Positions 21,948 to 32,678 of a stretch of DNA of 64,000 bases are shown here, one piece after another. The notes beneath the pieces are model-generated. The model ran no database searches and was not told the DNA's origin. It saw only the letters and a list, made by a program, of their open reading frames with translations. The translations under genes were made by a program, and so were the position numbers. Numbering within the stretch: the stretch's first letter is position 1; every line of letters starts with the position of its first letter. The DNA is from Emiliania huxleyi CCMP1516 (Eukaryota): assembly GCF_000372725.1 (NCBI RefSeq), contig NW_005201287.1, forward strand, positions 589,081-653,080, given 5' to 3'.

Positions 21948-23556
21948 CTCTCCAGCGTCTCAGCTCACCATCTCGCCTTCTCTGTCGCCCTCCTGGCCCA
22001 GGCCCATCAGTATCAAGCCTAAGCCGTCCCAGACCGCACTTACCTTGGGTCTGCAAGCTCACACCGGCTCGTGATGCCACGGAGAGGGCTCGAGATTGTC
22101 TCCGGTGGACCCCATCCGAGGCGATTGCGAGGGCTTTCCGGAGGCCAACACCGGCGCCACCGACCGTGAAATGTCCCGACCCGCAGCCCTCATGCACCAG
22201 GCGCAAGGATTCAGTCATAATATGTAGGCCTTGTCTCCCGAAGTTTTGAGCAATAGCCGCAAATAGTACTTTTCGGCAGTTCATCGCGACACGTCCAGGT
22301 GCCGATGAAGCGGCTTCCCAGCTCAGCTCACCTCGCCTTCTCTGTCGCCCTCCTGGCCCAGGCTCATCAGTACCAAGTCTGAGCTGTCCCAAACCGTCCT
22401 TATTTTGGGTGATGAAGCCCACTCTGGCTCATACCACGGCTCTTACGGCCTCACTCACGCCCGTTTCACCCACAGACACGCCGCCGGCACGCACTCCCAC
22501 TTCACACATGCTCAAACACAACCCCACCAAAGCACAGCCCTGATCAGAATGGGCAAGGGCTACCACTTGGTGACCCTGGTAGCCTCTGGCTCGCCACTGC
22601 ACTCGGCTCCTCTGCAGCGGTCTCGCGCTCTCGCCACGACAGCACGCCGACGGCAAGCTTTGAGGTCCGTCTGGTGGACCTGCTGTGGCCAAAGCCGCCC
22701 CTCGCATGCAGCTCGCACCAGACCTCGACACTGGGCTCGCTCAGCTTGGTTGTGGCAGCGTGTGTGAAGGATGCGCGGCCGAGCCGCTGGCGCTGCTACA
22801 GCGGCGCGAGAAGCAGGCAGCGGCGCGACACCCGGTCGGTCGAGTCTGGCCGTTCTCTCGACGCCGGCCGGCGAGGGTGGCGGCCTGTGGCCGGCTGGTG
22901 GGCGGAGAGCAGCCACAACCGGCGTGGGGGTGCTCAGGAGGCAGCGGCGGCCAAGTGTCGACACTTGCTCAAAGGCGAAAGGGGGCGTGGAGTGGGCCTT
23001 TAAGTTGTTCTGTATGCGCTCATGCGCTCTACACGCATGTTTCAGAAGGGGGGGGGGGGGGGGCTCGTATCTCACACCCCGACACAGAGAAAAGCGGCGG
23101 AAGTCAAAAAAGAAAACTCGCGAGTTTCTTTTTTCCTCTAGTTACCCGTATTGGGTAGCCTTTTCTTTTTTCTTGAGCGGCGCTGGCGCGGCCCGGTTTA
23201 GCTAGCCTGGAGCCTCGCTGCGCGATCAGCAAGGCCCACCACCGCCTGGCCACGAGCCACTCCCACGCTGATGCTGCCCGGCCCGCTCGAGGACGACGAG
23301 CGCTTCAAGGGGCACGACGGCAGCGCGGCACGCGTGGCGGCGCTCTACCTGCGGCGGATGACGCGGCTGCGGCACATGGACTTTGACCAGGCTCTCTGGC
23401 AGATGCTGTGCCTCTGCTCGGACCCGCGGCGCGTGTACAGGTCGGCGACGTACCACCGCGGTACCAAGCACCAGTGGGCGCGCGACGACCCCGCCTTTGT
23501 CGTCCTCATCGCCTATCTGCTCCTCGTGTCGACCGCGGCGTGGTGCATCGGCTTTG
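21948..23556. repeat. ~1.6-kb segment duplicated at ~24188-25794
   Basis: Essentially identical sequence (identical ORF translations) with one small indel near 22325/24565; second copy lies between two N-gaps. Confidence 0.95.
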
Positions 23557-26358
23557 GACGCGGCTCGCCGCTCTCCGTCCTGTCGCTCGCGCTGTACGTG
23601 CTGCTCGTCGACTTTGTGGTCCTTGGCGCCGCGCTCTCCACCCTCGCGTGGACCGTCGCCAACACCTACCTGCTCCTCCCGTCGGGCGGCCGCGGCGGGC
23701 GGAGCGGCGGCAGCGGCGGCGGCGACGAGCGCGTGGAGTGGCTGTACGCATTCGACGTACACTGCAACGGCCTCTTCGTCCTCTCGCTGCTGCTCCACGT
23801 CCTCCAGTACCTCCTCTTGCCGCTGCTGCTCCGGAGGGGCTTCTGGCCCGCGCTGCTCTCAAACACGCTGTGAGCCGCGGCCCGCCTCTCCTCCTCCCGC
23901 CTCCTCCCTCTTCTAACCCCCCCTGGTCTCCCCTCCCTCCCTCCCNNNNNNNNNNNNNNNNNNNNNNNNNNNNNNNNNNNNNNNNNNNNNNNNNNNNNNN
24001 NNNNNNNNNNNNNNNNNNNNNNNNNNNNNNNNNNNNNNNNNNNNNCCGCGACACGGAGTCTTTGTCTCGTGCTGCAGGCGGGTGAACGGACGCGCCCTTG
24101 TCAGGCTGCAACGAAGCAGGAGAGGCTCCTTGGCGCAAGCTAATATTAGGCGCCGGCACGAGCATGCGTGACATGGTCACATGTGGCCTCTCCAGCGTCT
24201 CAGCTCACCATCTCGCCTTCTCTGTCGCCCTCCTGGCCCAGGCCCATCAGTATCAAGCCTAAGCCGTCCCAGACCGCACTTACCTTGGGTCTGCAAGCTC
24301 ACACCGGCTCGTGATGCCACGGAGAGGGCTCGAGATTGTCTCCGGTGGACCCCATCCGAGGCGATTGCGAGGGCTTTCCGGAGGCCAACACCGGCGCCAC
24401 CGACCGTGAAATGTCCCGACCCGCAGCCCTCATGCACCAGGCGCAAGGATTCAGTCATAATATGTAGGCCTTGTCTCCCGAAGTTTTGAGCAATAGCCGC
24501 AAATAGTACTTTTCGGCAGTTCATCGCGACACGTCCAGGTGCCGATGAAGCGGCTTCCCAGCTCACCACCTCGCCTTCTCTGTCGCCCTCCTGGCCCAGG
24601 CTCATCAGTACCAAGTCTGAGCTGTCCCAAACCGTCCTTATTTTGGGTGATGAAGCCCACTCTGGCTCATACCACGGCTCTTACGGCCTCACTCACGCCC
24701 GTTTCACCCACAGACACGCCGCCGGCACGCACTCCCACTTCACACATGCTCAAACACAACCCCACCAAAGCACAGCCCTGATCAGAATGGGCAAGGGCTA
24801 CCACTTGGTGACCCTGGTAGCCTCTGGCTCGCCACTGCACTCGGCTCCTCTGCAGCGGTCTCGCGCTCTCGCCACGACAGCACGCCGACGGCAAGCTTTG
24901 AGGTCCGTCTGGTGGACCTGCTGTGGCCAAAGCCGCCCCTCGCATGCAGCTCGCACCAGACCTCGACACTGGGCTCGCTCAGCTTGGTTGTGGCAGCGTG
25001 TGTGAAGGATGCGCGGCCGAGCCGCTGGCGCTGCTACAGCGGCGCGAGAAGCAGGCAGCGGCGCGACACCCGGTCGGTCGAGTCTGGCCGTTCTCTCGAC
25101 GCCGGCCGGCGAGGGTGGCGGCCTGTGGCCGGCTGGTGGGCGGAGAGCAGCCACAACCGGCGTGGGGGTGCTCAGGAGGCAGCGGCGGCCAAGTGTCGAC
25201 ACTTGCTCAAAGGCGAAAGGGGGCGTGGAGTGGGCCTTTAAGTTGTTCTGTATGCGCTCATGCGCTCTACACGCATGTTTCAGAAGGGGGGGGGGGGGGG
25301 GCTCGTATCTCACACCCCGACACAGAGAAAAGCGGCGGAAGTCAAAAAAGAAAACTCGCGAGTTTCTTTTTTCCTCTAGTTACCCGTATTGGGTAGCCTT
25401 TTCTTTTTTCTTGAGCGGCGCTGGCGCGGCCCGGTTTAGCTAGCCTGGAGCCTCGCTGCGCGATCAGCAAGGCCCACCACCGCCTGGCCACGAGCCACTC
25501 CCACGCTGATGCTGCCCGGCCCGCTCGAGGACGACGAGCGCTTCAAGGGGCACGACGGCAGCGCGGCACGCGTGGCGGCGCTCTACCTGCGGCGGATGAC
25601 GCGGCTGCGGCACATGGACTTTGACCAGGCTCTCTGGCAGATGCTGTGCCTCTGCTCGGACCCGCGGCGCGTGTACAGGTCGGCGACGTACCACCGCGGT
25701 ACCAAGCACCAGTGGGCGCGCGACGACCCCGCCTTTGTCGTCCTCATCGCCTATCTGCTCCTCGTGTCGACCGCGGCGTGGTGCATCGGCTTTGNNNNNN
25801 NNNNNNNNNNNNNNNNNNNNNNNNNNNNNNNNNNNNNNNNNNNNNNNNNNNNNNNNNNNNNNNNNNNNNNNNNNNNNNNNNNNNNNNNNNNNNNTTTAAA
25901 GATTTTTATAAAGGAAGTCGGACTGTAAAGCATAAGGTATACCACCTTATAGAACTTTCTTATGAGATTAATCAATAGGTACATAAGATAATCCATACCT
26001 GAGTCCGTAGATGCATACTGGCGTTCTAGCTAGCCGCCGTCACTGCCTCCTTCCCTAAATAGCTACCTCCCTGCCTCCCTCCCTCGATCTCTCCTCTCCC
26101 GTCCTCCGGTCTCCACCCCCTTCCCCTCCCGCCAGGTATGCTGCCGCCCTCAGCGCCTACTGCTACCTCACCTTTCTCGGCTACAACGAGCTCCCCTTCC
26201 TCCGATCCACCGAGGTCTTTGTTTTCCCCGTCGTCGCTATCGGCGGCGCTTACCTCGTCTCCGTCGTACTGGCGGCCACCTCTGGCTTCTCGTGCACGTG
26301 GCTGGTGGCGTCCATCTACTTTACGGATGCAGAGGTGGCGACCACGTGGGGCGTATAG
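23271..26358 (+). CDS. UNC50: UNC-50 family Golgi membrane protein (exon 1 23271-23869, last exon 26136-26358; partial second copy of exon 1 at 25509-25794)
   Basis: MDFDQALWQM, TKHQWARDDPAF, VEWLYAFDVHCN, and YCYLTFLGYNELPFL in the last exon. Confidence 0.9.
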
Positions 26359-26598
26359 CCGTGCGAGGTGTCTCTGTGAGCGTGTGTAGAGAGCCTCTGT
26401 ATGAGTTTTTCAGGGAGCGCCATTATAATAGGATTAATCGTGTGAAACTGAAAGCTGTAATGTGCTTATAAGCCGTATTGGAACCACGTTAGTCGTTAGG
26501 TTACTCTTTTCACAGTCTTTCCCGGTGGAGTCAGTCACGAGTCAGAGAGTCAGCTTACCGACTAACGGCACGGAACGGAGGCGCGGTGCGGCTGAGTG

Positions 26599-27834
26599 TT
26601 ATGGCGGCATACAGCCGCCTACATCAAGACAACACCACAACAGCGAGATCCCCCCGAGCCCTCGCCATCGGCGCCACTGCCTCCCACGCATCCAACCTTC
26701 CAACGCCGGGTCGTACCGCTCGACCGAGCTGAGGTAGCCGTCTTCGTTGCGCCCGCCCACAGCGTATAGCTTGCCGTCGAGCACCGCGACGGCGTGATCA
26801 AACCGTTCCTCCATCATCGGCGTCACCGCCTCCCACTCATCAAGCGCCGGATCGTACCGCTCGACCGAGCTGAGAGGGGCACCGTGGTCATGTAGCCTCC
26901 CACAGCATACAGCTTGCCGTCGAGAAGTGCGGCTACCGCGTCGTCTCGCGTCGACGCCATCGGCTGCACCACCTCCCACGCGTTTGCCGAGGGATCGTAC
27001 CGCTCGACTGAGCTAAGGCAGTCATGAAAACCGTTGCCCCATCCGCCCACAACGTACAGCTTGCCGTCGAGTACCGCCACGGCGGGACTCTGCCGCCCCG
27101 AACCCATCGGCGCCACCTCCTCCCACGCGTTTGTCGCGGGATCGTACCGCTCCACCGAGCTGAGGCGGACTCCGCCGTCGTCGCGGTTGAAACCTCCGAC
27201 AGCATACAGCTTGCCGTTGAGCACCGCCACGCCGGGCTGATACCGAGCCAACGCCATCGGCGCCACCGCCTCCCATGCCTTTGTAGCGAAATCGTACCGC
27301 TCCGCAGAGTTGGAAGGATCGTCTTCATCGATGAAACCTCCCACCGCGTACAGCTTGCTATCGAGCACCGCCATGCCGGCATTCGTGCGAAAGTATGCCG
27401 GCATGGCCATGCTGGCATTCGTGCGTGCCGGCGGCATCGGCGCCACAGCTTCCTCCGCCTCCCACGCGCTTGTTGACGGGTCGTACCGCTCCAGCGAGTT
27501 CACGGAAAAGCCGTTGACGTTGCCACCGATCACGGTCAGGCGCGGCCTCTCGCGCTTCTTCAGCGTCTCCTTCCATCCGCGGCGCCACGCGCGGCACGTC
27601 CCCTTGATGGGAGGCGTACTCCTTGGTCGGCAGCTGGGCGAGGATGTGCGGGGCGAGGTCCGGCGAGAGGAGGACCTCGGAGAGCACCCACTCGGGCTGC
27701 TCCACGAGCCGTGCGGTGTGCTCCTCCGCCACGCGCAGCGCGGCGTCGCTCGCGCCCGCCTGCGCCTCGATGATGGCGCACAGCTGCGCTGGCGAGAGGC
27801 CCGCGACGCGCGCGCCGATGCGGTGGGAGGCCAT
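26599..27834 (-). pseudogene. F-box-like/kelch-repeat gene with frameshifts
   Basis: LSPDLAPHIL...CRAW F-box-like start; repeated VAVLDGKLYAVGG...SSVERYDP...WE units; frame breaks near 27610 and 26890. Confidence 0.8.
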
Positions 27835-28259
27835 CGGTGCGGCGGCGGCGGGCAGCGTTGGGCGAGGCCATGGTACAGTTCGGTATAACGCGCGGGCCCT
27901 CAGCGGAGCTGGGAATAGGACCGCCGCAAGCGGCGTGGCGTGGAGCGGTTGAGCATCCCTCCGGGGGCCCCTCTGCGCCGGGGAGGCGTTGTTGGAGGCT
28001 GGACGCAAGCGTCCGTCGCCCTGGTTTCAAACTCGGGGCCCTCCGCTACGCTCCGACCCGAATTCGGAGGGCCTGAAAGTTTAAGGTGTTGCTGCGCAAA
28101 AGGGGTCGGACACAGGGCGCAGCTCATGCCAAGAGCTAGAAGGGGAGCTAGAGAGAACGACTACCCTGTCCCGTTATTGCGTACACCAACACCACAAAAG
28201 CCTCTCTCTCTCCTGTCCTCACTCAGGGGGGTCACAACTACCGAGTCCCTCGACTAGCT

Positions 28260-28400
28260 GCCACGTTGCCGACCGAGAGCGGATATCCTCCTGCTCCGCA
28301 AGGAGGGTGGCCAAGGCTAAAGTCTTGCCGGAGCCGCCGGGCGCGTTGACGACTTGGAGAAGGTCGCCCTTGTACTTGTACTTGTAGAGATGCTCGAGGG
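28260..28400 (-). mobile_element. Possible Helitron PIF1-helicase remnant (motif I)
   Basis: VVNAPGGSGKTLALATLLAE...IRS resembles the Helitron helicase (D)APGGTGKT...LLA..RS motif; no other motifs seen. Confidence 0.4.
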
Positions 28401-29350
28401 GGTGCTTTGTGGGGCGGTGCGCAGCCAGGCCAGCAGTGAGGGGAGGCGCACCCTCACTCTCCTCGGTTGCAGAGCTCGTCGGAGGCTGCGGCACGACGGG
28501 AGGGTCGCGATAGCAGTCCTCGGGCGAGCCGACGCGCATGTCCAACCAGCGCTGGGACTCGTTGTGACGGCAGGCGCCGGCTGCCTCTCCAGCCGCTTCT
28601 GCAGCGTCCTTCTTTGCCCGGTGCATGGGCTCGATCCGATTCCGCAGCGTGTCGTCCCCAGCGGCGGTGCTGCGCGGGAGGCGGCCGCGGGCACGCTGGG
28701 CTCGATCAGCTTTCCCTAGCACGGATTTGGCCGACGTTCTTGCCCCCGTCCACGGCCGAGATCACATGGTTTCTGCACGGTATTCGGATTTTGCTATTTG
28801 TTCGTGTGGGGGTATATTGCAGATTTGTCAATGGTAACCGCGTCTGCGACGCGGGCGCCTTGCGGGCAGAGCCCTTAGCCACCCTTCATATCTTGCGCGG
28901 TCAAAAAGATTTGGCGAATCCCTCGCACAAAGAAAGAGCGAAATTATTTTTAGCAATACCCAATACCAATACCAAACAACTCTAACACTCACACATCATT
29001 TGGGGCCTGGAAAAACTTGCAGCGTGTTCTGGGTGGGTGGTGGCGGCGCTCCAAGAGCGGTGGTGCTCTTGTTGGGAAAAGAGCCCCCCCCCCCCCCCCC
29101 AAATGCAAAAACGCCCAAGGCGCGAGACACACCGACATGAAACAACTCTCTCTCGAATGGTCACAGCAGACAGTCCGGAAGCCCCCTAGCCTACAAAAAG
29201 GAACAGGTGCCCCCCCCGCCCCGCTCCCGCTTGGACTCTTTTTTTGGGCAGGAAAATAATTCTAGAATCAACAGTCACGCAATAGACTTACGTACATGCA
29301 CACGCAGAGAGAAGCAGTCACGTTTACCCCGTCTCCCACCGAAGAGCGTC

Positions 29351-32300
29351 TCACTCGCAGCGGGGGCGCGGCACTGGAGGCTCGACGACAGCCCACCCGC
29401 GCGGCAGCCCAGACTCGGCGTCGGTGCCGAGGAGGGAGGCCCAGAGCGACGCGGCAGAGTACCAGGCGGGCGGGGTGTGCGGCCACACGTTGAGCACGAG
29501 GTAGCGGTCAGACCGGGCGTGGTAGGCGGCGAGCGGCGAGAAGTGGCCTCCGAACGGCCGGTGGCCAAGGACACCCTGGAGGGGAGGGGGAGGGGAGGGC
29601 AGAGGAGGGGAGGGGTGAGGCGGCTTGGGAGATGCAAGGTGTCGCGGACAGGTCGGGATCTCGGCTTCGCACCTGGTGAAAGTTGGCGACGACGAGCCTC
29701 CGCGGCGCCGCGCGCAGCTCGGCTAGCAGCTGCTCGAGCCCCGCGCCACGCTCCGCTTTGAGAGCGGCCCACGCACCGCCGCCGCCCTCGCCGCCACCGC
29801 CACCGCCAACGCCGCCCTCGCCGCCACCGCCACCGCCCTCCCCACCGCCCCGCATCACAGGCGCCGCGTGCCACGTGCCGTGAGCGCCGGCGGAGAGGGG
29901 CGGCGACTCACCCTTCCCCGACTCACCCTTCCCCGACTCACCCTTCCCCGACTCACCCTTCCCCGACTCACCCTTCCCCGACGGCTTCGCGACTGGCGCG
30001 GGCGGGCTGGCTGGAACGACGCCCGCCGGGGCGGCGGCGGCGGCGAGTCCGAGGGAGTGGAGGAGCCGGCCCAGCTCTGGCAGCGTGATGCCGCCGCTGC
30101 GCACCTTTGCAAGCGGGAGGGCGGCGGCGGGAGGAGAGAGGGCTCCGTGCGCGCGCAGGACGACCTCCTCGTCGAGATCGCACCCGCCCTCCCCGCACTC
30201 GCCCTCCCCGCCCTCGCCAGAGGCGGCGGCGGCTTGCACCGCGGCCGCGGCAGCCCGCAGCGAGCTGTGCGCGGCGTGGCTCGCCGCCGCCCGCAGCAGC
30301 ATCGCGACCGAGGCGGCTCCGCACATCGTCGGGCCGGCCTGGCAGCGGAAGTGGGGCCAGAGCAGGTCGAAGGCGGCCCGGTCGGCGGGCGCGCACTCGA
30401 GCAGCAGCCGCCGCCCCTCCTCCGACGAGAGCAGCACTGCGGCCTCGCTCAGCGCCGCCGGCGGCGGCAGCGCGCCAAAAGGAGCCGCCCACGCCGGCGG
30501 AGGGGCGGTGACGGAGAAGGGGCGGCCCTCGCTCGCACAGCTGTACGACCAGGCGTGCAGCCACATCGCGTCCTCCCCCTCCGCCTCTCCTTCGTGGCCG
30601 TCGGAGAAGCGGGCGCGCGACGACCGCGACCGCTCCGAGAAGGCAACGCCGCCCTCGCCGCTACAAGGCCGCGGCCGCTTCCGCGCGCCTCCTTCGCCCG
30701 CCTCCCCGCCCTCCCCGCCCTCCCCGCCCTCCCCGCCGAGGCGGTAGAGGGGGTCGTTTGCGATGGGGTGTCCCGCGTACAGCAGGTGGAGGCGCACCTG
30801 CGGGACATGTCTCGGACATGTCATGGACGTGTCCCGCGTACAGCAGGTGGAGGCGCACCTGGCGAGGTGCAGGTGCAGGCCGAGGTGGAGCCGAGGTGGA
30901 GCCGAGGGGCGGCCGAGGTGCGCGTTCGAGGTGCGGCCGAGAGTGCGGCCCGAGGAGCTGCCGAGCGAGGCGCCTGGTGGGTTCGCCCCGTCAACGGCTC
31001 GCACAGCACCAGCGAGGTGTGGGAGGCGGCGTCGTACTCGACCCCCACCAGCACCGTCTCCGCGGGCTTTCCGCTCGCGTGGAGGCCGCAGGTCGTGCCG
31101 CCGTGCGCGCTCGCCACGCGGATCGGCACCTAGACTCGGGGAGATGTGGGGAGGTGTGGAGAGGTGTGGGGAGGTGTGGGGAGGTGTGGAGAGGTGTGGG
31201 GAGGTGTGGGGAGGTGTGGGGAGGTGTGGGGAGGTGTGGGGAGGTGTGGGGAGGTGTGGAGAGGTGTGGGGAGGTGTGGGGAGGTGTGGGGAGGTGTGGG
31301 GAGGTGTGGGGAGGTGTGGGGAGGTGTGTGGGGAGGTGTGTGGGGAGGTGTGTGGGGAGGTGTGTGGGGAGGTGTGATGGGAGGTGTGGGGAGGTGTGGG
31401 GAGATTGGCACCTAATCTCGCGCCGTCGCAGGCCATGTCGGGTCATCTCGGGCCAGCAGTGCACGCTCGTCCCGCATGTCGGCGCCGCCACAGTCACCGC
31501 CCCCCCGACCGGCACCGAGCCAGCCACGCGAGCGAGGTACTGCTTGCGCATGCCGCCGCCCTCGAGCGCCGCGCCGAGCCTGCTCGCCGCCGCCGCCGTG
31601 CGGGGAAGCAGCAGCACGCCAGACACCTGCGGCACGGGAGCAGAGTCGAGGCCGGGGCGAGGGCCAGGGCGAGGACCGGTCGGAAGGGCATCCCGATGGG
31701 CGCTGCACCTGCCGGTCGAGACGGTGCAGCACGTGCAGCCCGCTCCCTCCCCCTCCCCCTCCTCCTCCTCCTCCGCCTCCTCGCCCGCTCCCTCGCCCTC
31801 CCCCTCCTCCTCCTCCTCCTCGCCCTCCGCCTCCTCCTCCTCCTCCTCCTCCCCCTCCACCGAGGTTGAGGTCGGGTCGCTCGTGCGGCAGGATCTCGAC
31901 CAGCGTGTTGCGGCGGTACCTCCCCGCGTGGTGCACCGGCACGCCTGCAGGCAGACACGTCCAAGTCTGCTCCGGCCAGGCTGCTGCTGCCCGTGCTGCT
32001 CCCCCCCCGCCCCCCCCTCTCTCTCTCGCTCGCTCGCTCTCCGTCCCGCTGGCACGCCTGCGGGCTTGTGCAGGACAAGGAGGTCGTCAGCCTCGAGCAG
32101 CAGCCCGATCGGCGCAGCGGGCACCGACGGCTCCGTCCGCACCACCTCATGCACCAGCCGGTCTCCGTGCCGGAAGACGGTCTCCGCTCCACACGGACCG
32201 CCATTGAGGGTGAGCCGGCCCGCCGCTACCGCCTCCTGAGACGGGCAGCGTGTGCGATCGGCGAGCGAGGCGCGGGAGTTCAGGAATTAGGCTCGAGCCT

Positions 32301-32457
32301 GCAGGTACTCGGCGGAGCAGAGCATCTCGTCGCGCATGACGTCGAGCACCTTCCGGCCGACCCACCGCCCCTTTGTGTTGGAGACAAACTCATGCGTGTA
32401 CGGCACGACGTGCCTGCGGCCATCGCGTATCTCGTACCAGGTGGCGCGCAGAGACAT
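29351..32457 (-). CDS. RluA/RPUSD2-type pseudouridine synthase fused to a C-terminal phytochelatin-synthase-like (papain-fold) domain; about 7 exons
   Basis: PYTHEFVSNTKGRW, LHKPAGVPVH..GRY..NT, HRLDRQVSG, K.YLARV, PLTGRTHQVRLHL..AGHPIANDPLY, WLHA; then SSEEGRRLL, HFRCQ..PTMCG.AS, GGITL.ELG, VANF, GGHFSPLAAY...DRYLVLNV, DAESGLPRG*. Confidence 0.88.
31139..31402. repeat. Intronic 10-bp tandem repeat (GAGGTGTGGG)n
   Basis: Direct observation. Confidence 0.95.
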
Positions 32458-32678
32458 GGGTGGACAGGATAGCTGACTCGAGCCCCACCGAACCCAGAAG
32501 CCGCGAAGGCAGCGTGAAAAAGAATGATTACTGGGTAACGCGCATGAAAGACAAACGCGTTTCCTGTAACAGATGCCACGTGTGCACAAGGATCCGCCTG
32601 CGTTGGCTTTCGATTGGCTTGTGCCCGGGCCGCCACGGCTCCTCGTGCTTGTCGCGCCAGGACGTGGCAGTGCAGGAA

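Noticed and set aside
21948..25794. 1.6-kb tandem duplication including the UNC-50 5' exon as a real gene duplication
   Set aside because: Copies are almost identical, the second sits between N-gaps, and only one 3' exon exists; more likely unmerged haplotypes or contigs
25895..26020. AT-rich island as foreign DNA
   Set aside because: Short, directly adjacent to a gap, no ORF or motif; likely low-quality read end
31139..31402. Tandem 10-mers (also 1971-2103, 38510-38555, 39257-39436, and 30-mers at 58984-59070) as CRISPR or telomeric arrays
   Set aside because: No unique spacers and no cas genes; most lie inside introns, a feature already known for this kind of genome
32373..32678. N-terminal 102 codons of the 1578-aa ORF
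   Set aside because: Non-ATG start that overlaps exon 1 of the opposite-strand gene; ATG 32679 or a later ATG is more plausible
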